NCBI GenBank assembly: GCA_013239625.1
Contig: MU056693.1
Location: 372,001 to 436,000, forward strand
Direction of reading: 5' to 3'
DNA length: 64,000 nt
Source: Lama guanicoe
Lineage: Eukaryota
The translations under genes and the position numbers were made by a program. Position 1 is the stretch's first letter. Each line of letters begins with the position of its first letter. The notes below the pieces were generated by a model that was not told the DNA's origin, searched no databases, and worked only from the letters and a program-made list of their open reading frames with translations. Of this stretch, positions 18,601-31,586 are shown piece by piece.

Positions 18601-21478
18601 GTTTAGAATAACAGGAGGTGAGGAGGCTGGGGTTGGGAAGTGGAGTGTGGGAGCTCAGAGGTGGCCCACTGACCAGGAATAACCCATTAAGGGAGTGACT
18701 GGGAGGGGTGGTGATGAGTAGACATTCTTCTGCAGGGAAATGACCTCTGAGACCAGGGAATTGAGGGCTTTCCCACAGGACCAGTGATGTCACCAAAAAG
18801 AGGTGACTTGGGTGGAGATAGAAAGAGAGGTAGTGAGTGCAGGATGGATCAGAGACTCCAGGCTTGATCATCCCTTCATGGATTCTACATCCATGTGGAG
18901 GACCTACTATGTGCCATACACTTGCAGGCATTGGAGACATGGCAGTGAACAAGAATGGAAAAATCCCTGCCCTTCTGGGGCTGGCATCCTGGTTAGGGAG
19001 ACAGGCAAGAAACGTGATAAGTAAACCATGTGAGGAGAGGCCAGATGTTAAGAAGAAAGGAAGGCAGGGCAGTGGAGACCAGGGCTGCACTCTTAGATTG
19101 GATGGTCAGGGAAGACTCACATTAGAGGAATGATATGGAAGAGGTCACAGGCCCAGGTCAGGGAACAGCCAGTGAAAAGGCCCCACAGTGGGCTTTGGCT
19201 TCCCTCTGGGGCGCTGAATACAGTTTGCGATTTTCCACCTGCTGGTGAAAGGGTTTGACATTCGGTGCCACCACATGAGACCTTAAGTGCCCAAGGGAGG
19301 GTCTTGGCACCTTGGAGTCTCCCCGCCATGACCTGACGAGGGGCTGTGCTCAGGGCGCTCCACAGGCTCCCTCGGGCCCCGTGCCTAGGCTGGAAGAATC
19401 CAGCCACAGCAGCCTGAGTCTTGACCCCTTGGCCCCCAGGAGATTGACCCCAGCCTGGGCGTGGCAGAGCTGCCAGACGAGTTCTTTGAGGAAGACAACA
19501 TGCTGAGCATGGGCAAGAAGATGATGCAGGAAGCAATGAGCGCCTTCCCAGGCATCGATGAGGCCATGAGCTATGCAGAGGTCATGAGGTCAGGCCCGGT
19601 GCAGGGCGCGGGCCTCCTGGGGCTGGGGTGGGAGATGGGGGCAGAGCGGGCCTGATCATTTCCCCTGATCTTCCTGCAGGCTGGTGAAGGGCATGAACTT
19701 CTCAGTGGTGGTGTTTGACACGGCGCCCACGGGCCACACGCTAAGGCTGCTCAACTTCCCCACCATTGTTGAGCGGGGACTTGGCCGCCTCATGCAGATC
19801 AAGAACCAGATCAGCCCATTCATCTCACAGGCAGGCAGGGCCCCAGGGCATCCAGGAGTCCCTTGAGTCAGATGGACCCTCGGCTCCCTAGATGTGCAGC
19901 AGCAAAGGCCTGCCCCATGTACCCTTCTCAGTTAGTGCTCCCCAGTGGGTGGGGTGGATCTTCACTAGGGGAGGGGGAGGGACTGTTCTCCCCTTCTCCA
20001 CAGCACTCAGTGTCCCTGTCTCTGCCCTCTGAGTGCCCCAGACAGAGCTTGAAAGGCCGTATCTCAGAGCAAGATGCCCTGGGTTCATATGCTCTGCACC
20101 TGGTATGACATGGCTGTGTGACTTCAAGCAAGTCACTTCACCTCTCTGGGCCTTCTCTGTCAAGTAGAGAGCATACAAGTGCCCCCGTGGATTATTAATG
20201 GCATGACATGACAACCCGGATGCCCCTACACTCCTGTACACCACTGCCACCACCCTGGTCACGTGTGCTCCCCACTTAGGCCTCAGGTAGTAACATTTCT
20301 GGAGCACTCAGCATGTGCCAGGCACTGTTCTGAGCACATGATGTGTCGTAGAGTGCCCCAGCTCTACATGTGGGGAAACAGGCTCTAGGAGGTCAAGCTA
20401 CCTAGCCACAGTTTCACAGAAATGGCCTAGCTAGGGTTTGACCCCTGTGCTCTGCTCAAGGGCACACACCTTTAACCACAGAGCAGTGTCAGGGGTCGTC
20501 CCCCAGGTGTTCAGGGAGCCCAATGCAGGGAGTGTCATAGGCCACAAGTAAACCGCGAGCCCTCACACATCCTCCCCACAGATGTGCAACATGCTGGGCC
20601 TGGGAGACATGAATGCAGACCAGCTGGCCTCCAAGCTAGAGGAGACGCTGCCTGTCATCCGTTCCGTCAGCGAGCAGTTCAAGGACCCTGTGAGTTGCAG
20701 TCCTAGAGGGCAGTGAAAGGCTCCGGGGAAGGGGACAGGGCTGAGACCTGCCCCTCACTGTCCTCTCCGGCACCCTGCAGGAGCAGACAACCTTTATCTG
20801 TGTGTGTATCGCCGAGTTCCTCTCGCTGTATGAGACGGAGCGGCTGATCCAGGAGCTGGCCAAGTGCAAGATTGACACACACAACATCATCGTCAACCAG
20901 CTCGTCTTCCCTGATCCTGAGAAACCCTGCAAGATGTGTGAGGCCCGCCACAAGATCCAGGCCAAGTACCTGGACCAGGTGCGTACACTCACCCTCCTGC
21001 TCGCCCTCAAACCTCTGACCCTGGAAGCCAAGGCGCTGCTGGCTTTTTACTATATTCTCTGACCTTTGGCTCCACCCCACCTTCTGATTTCTCTGCCCCA
21101 ACTCCCTGCCCTTCACTCCCACTTCAGACCTGATTCTGGCCTTCAAAGACTATGGCTGGCCTGGCCTGGGCACCTCTGACCCTGGGAAGTGGGAAGTCCA
21201 GCCCGGTGGTCGCTGACCTCTCTGGCACCACTCCTACCTATGACCCTGTGAAGCCCTTGCTAATACTCTCCCCCTGACTCTGGAAGACCCCCAGCCCTCC
21301 CTGTGGCCCCCTGACTGCTGCCTTCTGCCCTCTGCCCCGGCTGCAGATGGAGGACCTGTACGAAGACTTCCATATTGTGAAGCTGCCACTGCTGCCCCAT
21401 GAGGTTCGGGGGGCAGACAAGGTCAACACCTTCTCTGCTCTCCTCCTGGAGCCCTACAAGCCCCCTAGCGCCCAGTAG
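15689..21478 (+). CDS. GET3: ATPase GET3/TRC40/ASNA1 (tail-anchored protein targeting), 348 aa
   Basis: Exons 15689-15849, 16686-16833, 19440-19588, 19680-19830, 20582-20689, 20781-20978, 21347-21478 total 1047 nt. P-loop [23 protein letters not shown] and CxxC (CKMC) motifs present. AATAAA at 21664-21669. Confidence 0.98.
16980..18050 (-). mobile_element. L2 LINE remnants in GET3 intron 2
   Basis: Purine-rich L2-like reverse-strand sequence ('gagataatggcagcccaaac...gaagtggtcaaatttgggatgtattttgg', 'catccaagtggagatatcagg'); another piece at ~18890-19150. Confidence 0.65.
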
Positions 21479-24400
21479 CACCAACACCAGCCCCAGCCGC
21501 TGCCAATTCATACCCACCCTTTACCCTCCCGGGGCAGAGTTTGCACAGAGTTCCCCCGTAGTACAGGGGGAGCCACTTGAGGGGTGGGAGGCGGGGAGGG
21601 GGTCTTTTCCCCCTGGTGGGGCTGGGGGAGCTCCCCCCCACCTCTCCCCGCCTCTCCCTTCTCAATAAAATGATCTTAAACTACTGTGGATGTTATACAG
21701 AGGGGGCTGGGGCTTAGCACCTCCATGTACAGATGCACAGGTTGTACACTGCACAAAAATGTCACACCCAGAGAGGCATTTTAGAAGGAGGGTTCTTCAG
21801 TCGAGGGGTGCCTTTTCCTAGCTCTGCATGGATAGGGGTGTCCTTTGGGGCTGTAAAGCCCAGAGTAGAAGAGAGGGGCATCAGCCCACTTCTTTCAAAG
21901 CTCAGAGCGTGGGAACTGGGAGGCCCCTTGGCCAGCCCCAGGCTGGTGGGGAGCGGATTAGGCCGGCAGTGGGCCCAGCACTGCCTGCTGTTTGATTTGG
22001 GAATTAGTGGGCGCCCTGGGCAGAGCCTGGGCCTGCCAGACTGGGGATTAACAGTCTCCACGCCCCCATTCCTGTTCCATGGAATGGCATCAGCCCCTCC
22101 CAGCACAGGGCTACAACAGGGAGCTGATTAGAGGGCAGGATGACAAAAGACTCAGGATGGAGGGGCCCTGAAGTCCTGTCCTGACCCCAGAGCCATCTCT
22201 GAGTGGCCTGCAGCATGTCTGAGCTTCAGTCTCTTTATTCCTGAAATGGAGACCTTAGTGTGGCTGTTCAGGGAGCCATGGCACAAATTCACCTGACCCT
22301 GGAAGGGTTAGCAACCCAGCCTGAAAGACACCTAGCATTCCCACCCACCTCCCCTGCACTCCTCGCTCTGCCAGTTCCTGGACAGTCACTGTCATCCCGA
22401 CTTGAGTGACCCAGGACTGGCATGACCTTGGGGATTTGCAAGTTCCAAGCCAGAGCTGGATGGGGGTGGGGGTTGAAAGGGGAGACCTGAGGACACGCAT
22501 GAGTCAGGAAGTGGTGTTCAGACAGTGCACACCCAGGGTCTGGGCGTGCCAGGGTGTGCGCATGAGGGGAACCCAGTCACGAGCCTAGACGTGTCCCTCA
22601 CTCCACCGGGTGTACGTGAGCCGGTGTGGGCACGTCCACGTCAGGGTGGTGTTTGTAAACACATGGCAGTGTGGCCCATGTTAGGACCACAGGCTCCAAG
22701 GCAAACTTCCTGGGTTCAAATCCCAGCTGTGCCATGAATGGGCTGTGTGTCATCTGAGCCTCAGTTTCCCTACCTCTATGGTGGAATAACACGAGCAGGG
22801 ACCTTACAGTCCTGCTTGTAAAGGACTCGACGAGATGAAGTAGGTAACGCCTTTACAACAGCCCCAGGCACGTACCTGCCAAGGAGTGTTTGTTATTATT
22901 CACTGGTACAATTATTAAGCATGTGAACTAGCCCGGGCAACCGGCCCCCGCCCCAGCAGGGGTCCAGCCATCAGAAGTGTGTGGGGACACTGTGAGCTGG
23001 GGGAGGGGAGATGGGCATGGGGGTGGAGGGGAGAGCTGGTTGCAGTGCATGAGGCTACATCCAAGGCAATAGGGGCCTCTGGTCAGGTATGGAGCCCATC
23101 AACTTGAAGCCTGTCCTCTCCCCAGTTCCCGTAGCCAGGAGCAACACCCTTCACCTTTTATAGGCTGTCCGGCAGCTGGACAGCGGAGACATGGGTCTGA
23201 GGACGGCCAGCCTGGGCTGGTTCCTAATTACCCCAGGCAGGGCAGACACCTGCCACGTTAGGAACACAGCGTCCTGGCTGGCCGGACCTTGGGGTGGGGT
23301 CGAGCAGAGCCATGTGCACTCCTGGTGCTGGGGTGGACTTGAGAGGTTCAGGGGCACCCCAGGACATCCCTCTTGGGGCTGGAACCCTGAGCCTCCACCC
23401 CTTGCCACACGGGGCTATGCATTCAAAGTTGAGAGTGGAGGACAGCTTGTGCCAGGCTAGAGTGCCGCCTTTGTAGGTGTGTCTGTGAAGGGAGAACATC
23501 TGTCCTGTATCCATGCCAAATGTGGGGACAAGGTTTGTGTCCCTAAGCCTGCCTGTTCATGACAGTGTTGAAAGAGTCTGAGACTGGGGGGGGGTGCCTG
23601 CGAGCTGCAGTGAGGGGGCTTTGGGAAGGGTGTGTCTTATGTACTGATGTGCAAATAAATGCAGGTGAGTTTCCTGAGGGGTGATGGCATGATCCATCTG
23701 AATGTGACCCTCTGGGTCTGTGGGACTTTGGGGAGGGGTGGATGTTGTATGAATGTGTCTTTGCAATATTGGCAAATCTAAGGGACCACCAGGACCCGGC
23801 TCTGACCTCAGGATTGTATGATGTTGTGCTGAGTGCAGGTAGTCCTGCATCTGGTGTATGACTACAGGTGCATTTTTGTGCAGGGAAGATTGGGAATAAA
23901 TGTGTGCTACCCCTCTCTGCGTGACGGTGTGTGGCTGCCTGTGTGAAGGAGTTCTGGGGTCGGGGTGGGGTCTGTACTTGGCTGGCTGTGTGGCCTTGAG
24001 TGTGTCTTTGTTACATAGTATGATCATGAAGGAATTCAGGGCTCCTGGGTCCCTGCCACTGTATTCCTCCTGGATGGCTGGAGCACTGTGTGGGTGGGTG
24101 CCTGAGAGCTGAAAGCCTGGTGGGTTAGGGTCCATCTGCCTTATATCTGCATATTGGTTGGGGGGTGCAGTAGGGCTAAGAGCCTCTTGTGTCACTCCGG
24201 AAGTCTTCATGACAGTGTGCACTGCTTGCTGGGTCCCATGGTTGTAGGAGGCTGTTGAGGAAAGCTGAATTTGTGTCTGGGTCTATGGTGTGTTTCTGTG
24301 TGCACCTCTGTGAGTACGAGTGACCCAGCCTCACTGAGCAGTGTGTGTGTATGTCTGGGGCTAGTAAGAAGAGGGTTCCTGCCCCCTCCCCCAGCTCCTG

Positions 24401-24835
24401 TCCAGGATTTCTTAGATCGGCCAGTGACTGACTGAGAAGGACAGGGAGGAGCAAGGGAGAACAGGGTGAATTCCCCACCCCCATCCCCCCAGGTAACAAA
24501 CTGATGAGACTTCTTCAAACAAAATTCTGAGGCTGCAACTGAGGGGGGAGGGCCAGGGAGGGGCCACCCACGCCTACTCCCCAGCCCCCTCCCTCACAGA
24601 ATCTGGCTTCAGCCCCACCCAACACTGAAGCCACCTGCCGGTCCTGTCTGTCCCTGAGTGTCCCTGCACCAGCCACCAGGTGAGAAGAGCCCAGGCCTGG
24701 GGGAATAGGGACCCCTGAGGACAAGTGGACCTGCTGGCAAGAATCTGAGTTCACAGGGTTGGGTGTGCAGGGTTTAGAAGGCTAGAGGGGAATGGACAGG
24801 GGAAAGGTCAAGGTGGATCCAGGAATAAAAGGAAG

Positions 24836-25094
24836 GGGCAGAGCCTGGGCAGAGCCTGGGCAGAGCCTGGGCAGAGCCTGGGCAGAGCCTGGGCAGAGCC
24901 TGGGCAGAGCCTGGGCAGAGCCTGGGCAGAGCCTGGGCAGAGCCTGGGCAGAGCCTGGGCAGAGCCTGGGCAGAGCCTGGGCAGAGCCTGGGCAGAGCCT
25001 GGGCAGAGCCTGGGCAGAGCCTGGGCAGAGCCTGGGCAGAGCCTGGGCAGAGCCTGGGCAGAGCCTGGGCAGAGCCTGGGCAGAGCCTGGGCAG
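24836..25094 (+). repeat. Perfect 11-bp minisatellite (GGGCAGAGCCT) x23.5
   Basis: 23 identical units at 24836-25088 plus a partial GGGCAG. Confidence 0.98.
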
Positions 25095-25761
25095 TTAAGT
25101 GGGAGGGAGATAGGCTGGGGCAGCTGTGCAGGAGAGGGAGCCAGCCTGAGGCTGTAGGAGACCTGGAGACAGGGACTGGAGTTTGGAGGGCTTCAAAAGG
25201 AAGTGCATGGTGGGGAATGGGCAGGGACTGGGTAAGGGGAATGGGCGGAGGGAAGGCAGAAGCGGGACTGAAGGGAGGGGAATTAGGGTGGGAAGTCAGT
25301 TGGAGCCCCAGGAACCTACAAACTGAGGCGCTGGGGATTTAGGGAGCTGGGGAGGCTGTAGGTGGAAAGGGGTATGGGATCAGACAGAGGGCAACTTAGG
25401 TAAACGTGGTGGACCTAAAGGTCTTGGGTGTGGAGGATGGATGGCGAGGGCCTGGGGAGGTCTGCTCAAGACGCTGGGACCAAAAGTCCAAGGAAGGGAG
25501 TGGCTTGCGAGAAGGGCCTTGGGGAGGAGGATGGGGGCTAAGGCAGGACTGAGCAGGTGGGAGGAGACGGGAACCTGAGCAAGGGCGCCTATGAGGAGGT
25601 AGCAGGGCGCTGAAGGGGACGCGGAGTTGAGTCGGCCCCGCGCTCTCCACCCCCGCCCGCAGCCTCCAGCTCGGCCCCCTCCCGGTCCCCCATCCCTCGG
25701 CACACAGGCCCAGGTCCGGTCCAGTCCCCCCTCTTTTGGCTCCTCTGGCCCGGGGGCCGCG

Positions 25762-28700
25762 ATGACAGTCACGTACACAGCCCGCGTGGCGAACGCGCGC
25801 TTCGGCGGCTTCTCGCAGCTGCTGCTGCTGTGGCGCGGGAGCATCTACAAACTTCTGTGGCGCGAGCTGCTCTGTTTCCTCGGGCTCTACATGGCGCTGA
25901 GTGCCGCCTATCGGTGAGGCAGCCCCCGGGTGGAGAGGTGCCCACCGGGGATGGGGGTGGGGGGCGGTACTGGGGAGGGTCCCTAGGCCTCCCCGGGAGA
26001 GGGCGCGGGAAGAGAGAGCTTCAGCTGGGAACCGGGGCTCGCCCGTGACCCCGCGTCCCCTCCCTCACAGCTTCGTGCTGACCCAAGAGCAGAAGCGCTA
26101 CTTCGAGAAGCTCGTCATTTACTGCGATCAGTACGCCAGTCTCATCCCGGTCTCTTTTGTGCTCGGTGCGTTCGCGCTCCTGAATTTCTCATTCCCCAGA
26201 TCCTGAGAAACCCACCGTCATTCATGCCTTTTGGAGACTTCCCATTCCTTCCTTTCTGAGACCCCTCTTAAATTCAATCCCCACAAATCCCCATTCTGCG
26301 TCCTTTATGCCAGGTATGGCCCTGATTCCCAAGACCTTGGATGTCACTTGGTCAGTGTGTCCCCTGAGATGCCCCAATGAGAGCTCCATGTCATCTACAG
26401 GCTTATCCCTGGCCACCTCAGGGACTCCCATCTGTGTATGCATGGGGTTACTAGTGCTTCCCCTCACATGTCCTGAGCCCCAGGGACCCCTCCAAGGACC
26501 CTATATGACTCCATCCTCTCAAGTTCAGCCTGAGGGGCATTTCTCTGACAAGTCCTGGCCCTCTGTCCTCAGTGACTTCATGTGACCTCAGCCTTCCTCC
26601 TACCGTTCTGGGCCCACAAGGATAGGGTGACCATCCTGCCCCAGGCTCTCTGACTTATACCCTGTGCCCAACCTCATCACACATCCCTGGCTCAAGGGCT
26701 CCCTGTGGCCTTGGTGACAACCTGCCTGTGGACCCTGGGTCTCCACCTCTATACCAGGATCCCAGTCTCCCATCCCAAGTGACACCCAAGTAGCCAGGGT
26801 GACTCAGCTTTCACCAACCTCTGACCTCAGGGCTGGACCCCCAGGATGTCCAGCATACCCCGTGTCCCTGATGCTGACCCTATGTCATTCCTCTTCTCTT
26901 GACCTGGGCCCCTACACCTCTGGCCTTAGTGTCCCAAATGAGCCCTCACCCCATTCCCGGCTTTCTGGTTCTCCCGCAGGCTTCTATGTGACGCTGGTGG
27001 TGCACCGCTGGTGGAACCAGTACCTATGCATGCCCATGCCCGACCCGCTCATGTGCGTGGTGGTCGGCACAGTGCACGGGCGGGACGAGCGTGGCCGCCT
27101 CTACCGACGCACGCTCATGCGCTACGCAGGGCTCTCTGCTGTGCTTATCCTGCGCTCGGTCAGCACCGCGGTCTTCAAGCGCTTCCCCACCATAGACCAC
27201 GTAGTGGAGGCAGGTCAGGCTCTGGCCAAAAGGGGAAGGTGAGGAGCGCAAGGACTGGGTGGGGGCAGGCCAAGTAACCCCCGACCTCGCCGCTCCAGGA
27301 TTTATGACCCGCGAAGAGCGCAAGAAGTTCGAGAACCTAAACTCATCCTACAACAAGTATTGGGTGCCCTGCATCTGGTTCTCCAACCTGGCAGCTCAGG
27401 CTCGGCGCGAGGGCCGCATCCGCGACAACGGCGCCCTTAAACTGCTGCTGGAGGTGGGCTCGCCAGGTGGTCATTCATATAAAATACCAGGGTAAATATA
27501 CCCCTCCCATCTTGGAGTTGTGTCACATCGCGGACTGCCGTGAACCTCCCACAAGGCGGATTCCAAGCACTTATCTAGCTGCCCTCGGGTGCACACTTAT
27601 CTCTATGGGGTGGCTCCTCGGTGCATAGTGTCCCCTACCCCAGGTGTACACTCACCACTAAACACTCTCCCTGGAGTCCCTAGAAGCACACGCCCACTTC
27701 CCACCAGGTAACTACTCACCTCCATCCCAGGTACCCCTACATAATCCCCATGTGTGAGCTCACAATTCAGGCCCCCTCATGACCTGTATCTGCTACCAGG
27801 AACTGACTGTGTTTCGCAGCAAGTGTGGGATGCTCTTTCACTACGACTGGATTAGTGTACCTCTCGTCTACACCCAGGTAACCCAGCATGCCTTTTAATA
27901 TCGCGTGTGAGAGGCCCTGGCGCGTTTGTCTCAAGAGAAAACTGAGGGCCATCTAAGACCCCATCACAGTGACTCCCAATCCTAGCCCTGGTCGCTCCAT
28001 GACCCCTAAGACCCAGAGAACCCTGACTTGGCACTCTGCCCTGCCCTACCCCCAGGTGGTGACCATCGCTGTGTACAGCTACTTCCTGGCCTGCCTCATT
28101 GGTCGCCAGTTCCTGGATCCAGCACAGGGCTACAAAGACCACGACTTGGACCTGTTCGTGCCCATCTTCACCCTGCTGCAGTTCTTTTTCTATGCCGGCT
28201 GGCTCAAGGTGGGTGGGGCTCCGAGGCCAGAACTCCAGGGGTGGGGCGGAGAGGGATTCTCAGGGCCCCGCCTACCTCTCCCCTCTCCACTCAGGTAGCT
28301 GAGCAGCTCATCAACCCCTTCGGAGAGGATGACGATGACTTTGAGACCAACTTTCTGATCGATCGCAACTTCCAGGTGAGACTTCTGGGGTCCCCAAACG
28401 GCCCTGGCCCCACCGCTGCCAAGACAAGCCCAGGCCTTGCTCCTGAACCATCCTTCTTTGGTCACCACACTCCTATCCATCCTGAGAGGTCCATCCTGCG
28501 GTACCAGAGTTTTTCCATGCTCCAGACTTCCCCGCGTGTCCGCGCCCGCAGGTGTCAATGCTAGCTGTGGACGAGATGTACGACGACTTGGTCATGCTGG
28601 AGAAGGACCTGTACTGGGACGCGGCCGAGGCTCGCGCCCCCTACACGGCCGCGACCGCCTTCCTGATGCAGCAGCCCTCCTTCCAGGGCTCCACCTTCGA

Positions 28701-29631
28701 CATCACGTAAGACAGTGGGTGGGCGGGGCCTCTTGGGGGCGGGGCTCATGACTGCGGGGAGTATCTGACCGAAAGGGCTGTGGGTGACGAGGACGAGGCT
28801 AAAAGCTACACCCTGGAGATTCGGGACAAAGAGCTAAAGTCTGTGAGGACTGAGACAGGGCAGGGGTCAGGGATCCGGGTTAAGGTCTGGGACCCGGCCA
28901 CTAACTGAGAGCAGAGGTAAGGGTTGCGGTGTATGAAGATTGGATGGACCATAAGTGATACTAAAGGACACGCGGCAGAGCCACAGCTGAGCCTTTTTAG
29001 GCTTGAGTTTGAGCATAGCCAGAGACAGAGGATAAGGCTAGGCTCTCGGGTGAGGAGCCAAGGTCTTTTGAGATAAGTGGGACAAAGGGGTGGGTAGAGC
29101 CAGGAAAAGCAGTGTGCCTCGGTCCCAGCTCTGTTGATGAAGAGGGGTGAGGCCGCAGAGTTGACCCACTGTCTCTCCCGTAGGCTGGCCAAGGAGGATA
29201 TGCAGTTCCAGCGGCCGGACGGCGTGGACGCGCCGCTGGTGGAAGCACACTGCGACTTCCTGCAGCGCCTCCTGCCGGTGGGCGCAGGCACGGCCCCAGG
29301 AGGCCTGCTGGGCCGGCGCCTGTCCTTGCTGCGCCGCAAGAACAGCTGCGTGTCGGAGGCGTCTACGACCGCCAGCTGCGCGTGCGCGGGCGCCCTCGAC
29401 GGCTTGGCCCCGGAATGCGGTTGTGGGGACCCGCTGCTAGACTTAGGCCTGCGGGAGACGGAGCCTGAGCCTTCCACCGGCCCCGAGCCTCTCACTCTCG
29501 CACCTGCCCCCGCCCCCGCCCCCGGGCCACCTGCGGAGCCCTTCACTGTTGTGCCAATGCCCGGGTCCCGGGGGCCGGCTCCACCTTGGCTGCCCAGCCC
29601 CATTGGTGAGGAAGAGGAGAGTCTGTCCTGA
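25762..29631 (+). CDS. BEST2: Bestrophin-2 Ca2+-activated anion channel, 516 aa
   Basis: Exons 25762-25913, 26071-26165, 26980-27213, 27299-27453, 27800-27877, 28056-28208, 28295-28375, 28552-28706, 29184-29631 total 1551 nt. [30 protein letters not shown] start, RFP motif, Ca-clasp [12 protein letters not shown], and C-terminus ...[10 protein letters not shown]. Confidence 0.97.
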
Positions 29632-30129
29632 GACCCTTGGACCCTGGATCCCCAACGACAGGGAACTAAGCCCCGACACCGACCGCAAGCAGTGGCTTGG
29701 GTCTGCATAAGCTGCTTGTGGACTCTGCCTTCTCGCTTCTTACCTGCCAGCTACCTGCGCTCCCGCCTTTAGGTTTGGCACAGAGGCTTGGAGCGCCTCC
29801 TCTGAGCCAGGCACTGCACTAAGGGCAAAATGTTAGTGGTTTTTATTCAGCTTTTACCAGGCATTACGCTAAGTAAGCTTTGAGAATTCCTCCAGATTAT
29901 TTGGCAATGCCCTGCCCACTTCTTTGCAAATTCTGCTCTCTGAAATGGCCCCATCTGAAGTAGGGGTGGCCCTTGGCTTTACTCATTCATTAATGTACAA
30001 ATTACAGTCCCAGGACCACAGCTTCTTCCTGTCAGCCTTGATTTATGCTTCTGCAAGTGACCCCTCTGCCCCAAATCCCTGCACTCTGATACCCCTACAG
30101 TGCTCTAGGTCTTATATTAATCATATGTT

Positions 30130-31100
30130 GATGACTCCTGAATTTAGAAGTCCAGCCAGGACCCCTCCCCTGACTCTAGACCCAGAGAGCCAACTGCCTG
30201 CTCAACATCTCCACGTGGGGATCTCACGGGCATCTCCAACATAACATGCCCCCAAAACAGCTCCCTATTGGATCCCCACCTGTCCCAACCTGTCTGTCAG
30301 CTTTGTCCTTCCAGATGAGGCCAAACCCAGGGAGTCATCTTCAACTTCTCTCTTTCTTTCATCCCCCTTCCACATCAACTCAGTACCAAATCCCATCAGC
30401 TTGGTCTTCAAATTGTATCCAGAATCCAGCCATTTCCCATTACTCCAGGGCCTCCACCCAGGCCAAAACTGTCACTATCACCCAACCACCCATCTCGACT
30501 AATTAACTACACTCTGGTCTCTTAGCTCTGGCCCTACCATCCCCACAGTCTCTTCCTCCCATGGAAGCCAAAGGGAGCCTATGAACACTTAAATCAGGTC
30601 ACATCAGTTGCTGCTTTGCTTAGAACCCTCTGTAGCTCCCACTTCACTTCGAATAAAAGCTAAAGTATTCCACACACTCCCATAAGGCCCTGAACAATCT
30701 CCCTGCTCTAAATTGTTCCCACTCTTCCTCTCACTCACTGCACTCTGGCTACAATAGCCTTCTCACTGTCTCTCTAACCCATGGAGCAAGGTCTCACCTC
30801 AGGGTCTTTGCACATCCCATTCCCTCTACCTGGACCACACTTCCCCAAATATATGCCACCGCCCTCACCTATGTCAAGTCTCTGCTTAAATTATGTCACT
30901 TCCTTGGTGAGGCCTCCTTTCCCGGCCATTTACTAAAAATCACCACCCCCTAAATCCACTTTCTGCCTCTCCATCACTTTGTCTGCTTTTTCTTGTTCTT
31001 TAGCACTTCTCATATCAAACTTTTATTTTATCTGTTTTGCTTATTATCTGTCTCCCTCCAATGAATTGACAGCTTCCTAAGGTAGGGAAGCTTTGTCTGA
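30130..31100 (+). mobile_element. L2 LINE fragment between BEST2 and HOOK2
   Basis: L2 motifs ('caactgcctgctcaacatctccac', 'gagtcatcttcaacttctc', 'cctcagggtctttgcacat'). Further L2 pieces at ~39330-39900, 54700-55150, 59330-59660 and 62650-63750. Confidence 0.75.
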
Positions 31101-31586
31101 AGCTTCTTGAAAACCCAACATGCACATATACGGTTACACAGATACAAACATGATTCAAACCTCCTACTGGGTGCTATCAGTCACTCACACTTTGGTAAGA
31201 ACAAAAGCCAGGGCTTTCTTGAAAGCAGTAGTCTGAGTACCTCGCCCATCTTCTCTCCATCCCCTTCCTGCCCAGAGTCCAGCCGGGGCAGATCCAAAGT
31301 CTTTATTATTTTTCTCAAATATAAAATCACTTTCTCCCCTAGCAGCTCACAAATCCCAGGGAGAAAATCAAGAATAAGAATCACACTGCTAAAAAGAAGA
31401 GGCCCAATCCTGGCTCCCGCCCCATCCTGCACTCTTGTCCCACCTGGGAGGTCAAAGGGCAGAGGTTATGATCTCAAGGCTCTTAAGCAGCTGGCTGACG
31501 CATAATGCTAGGTCCCATGTGAGTAGGGGAATCCAGGGTGGATTATGCCCTGACTGGCTGGACAGGTGGCAGAATCCTGAGATCCA

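Noticed and set aside
24792-25157. 121-aa ORF with AWAEPGQSLGR repeats; the array could superficially suggest CRISPR
   Set aside because: The ORF is a by-product of a stop-free 11-bp minisatellite. There are no spacers and the context is mammalian.
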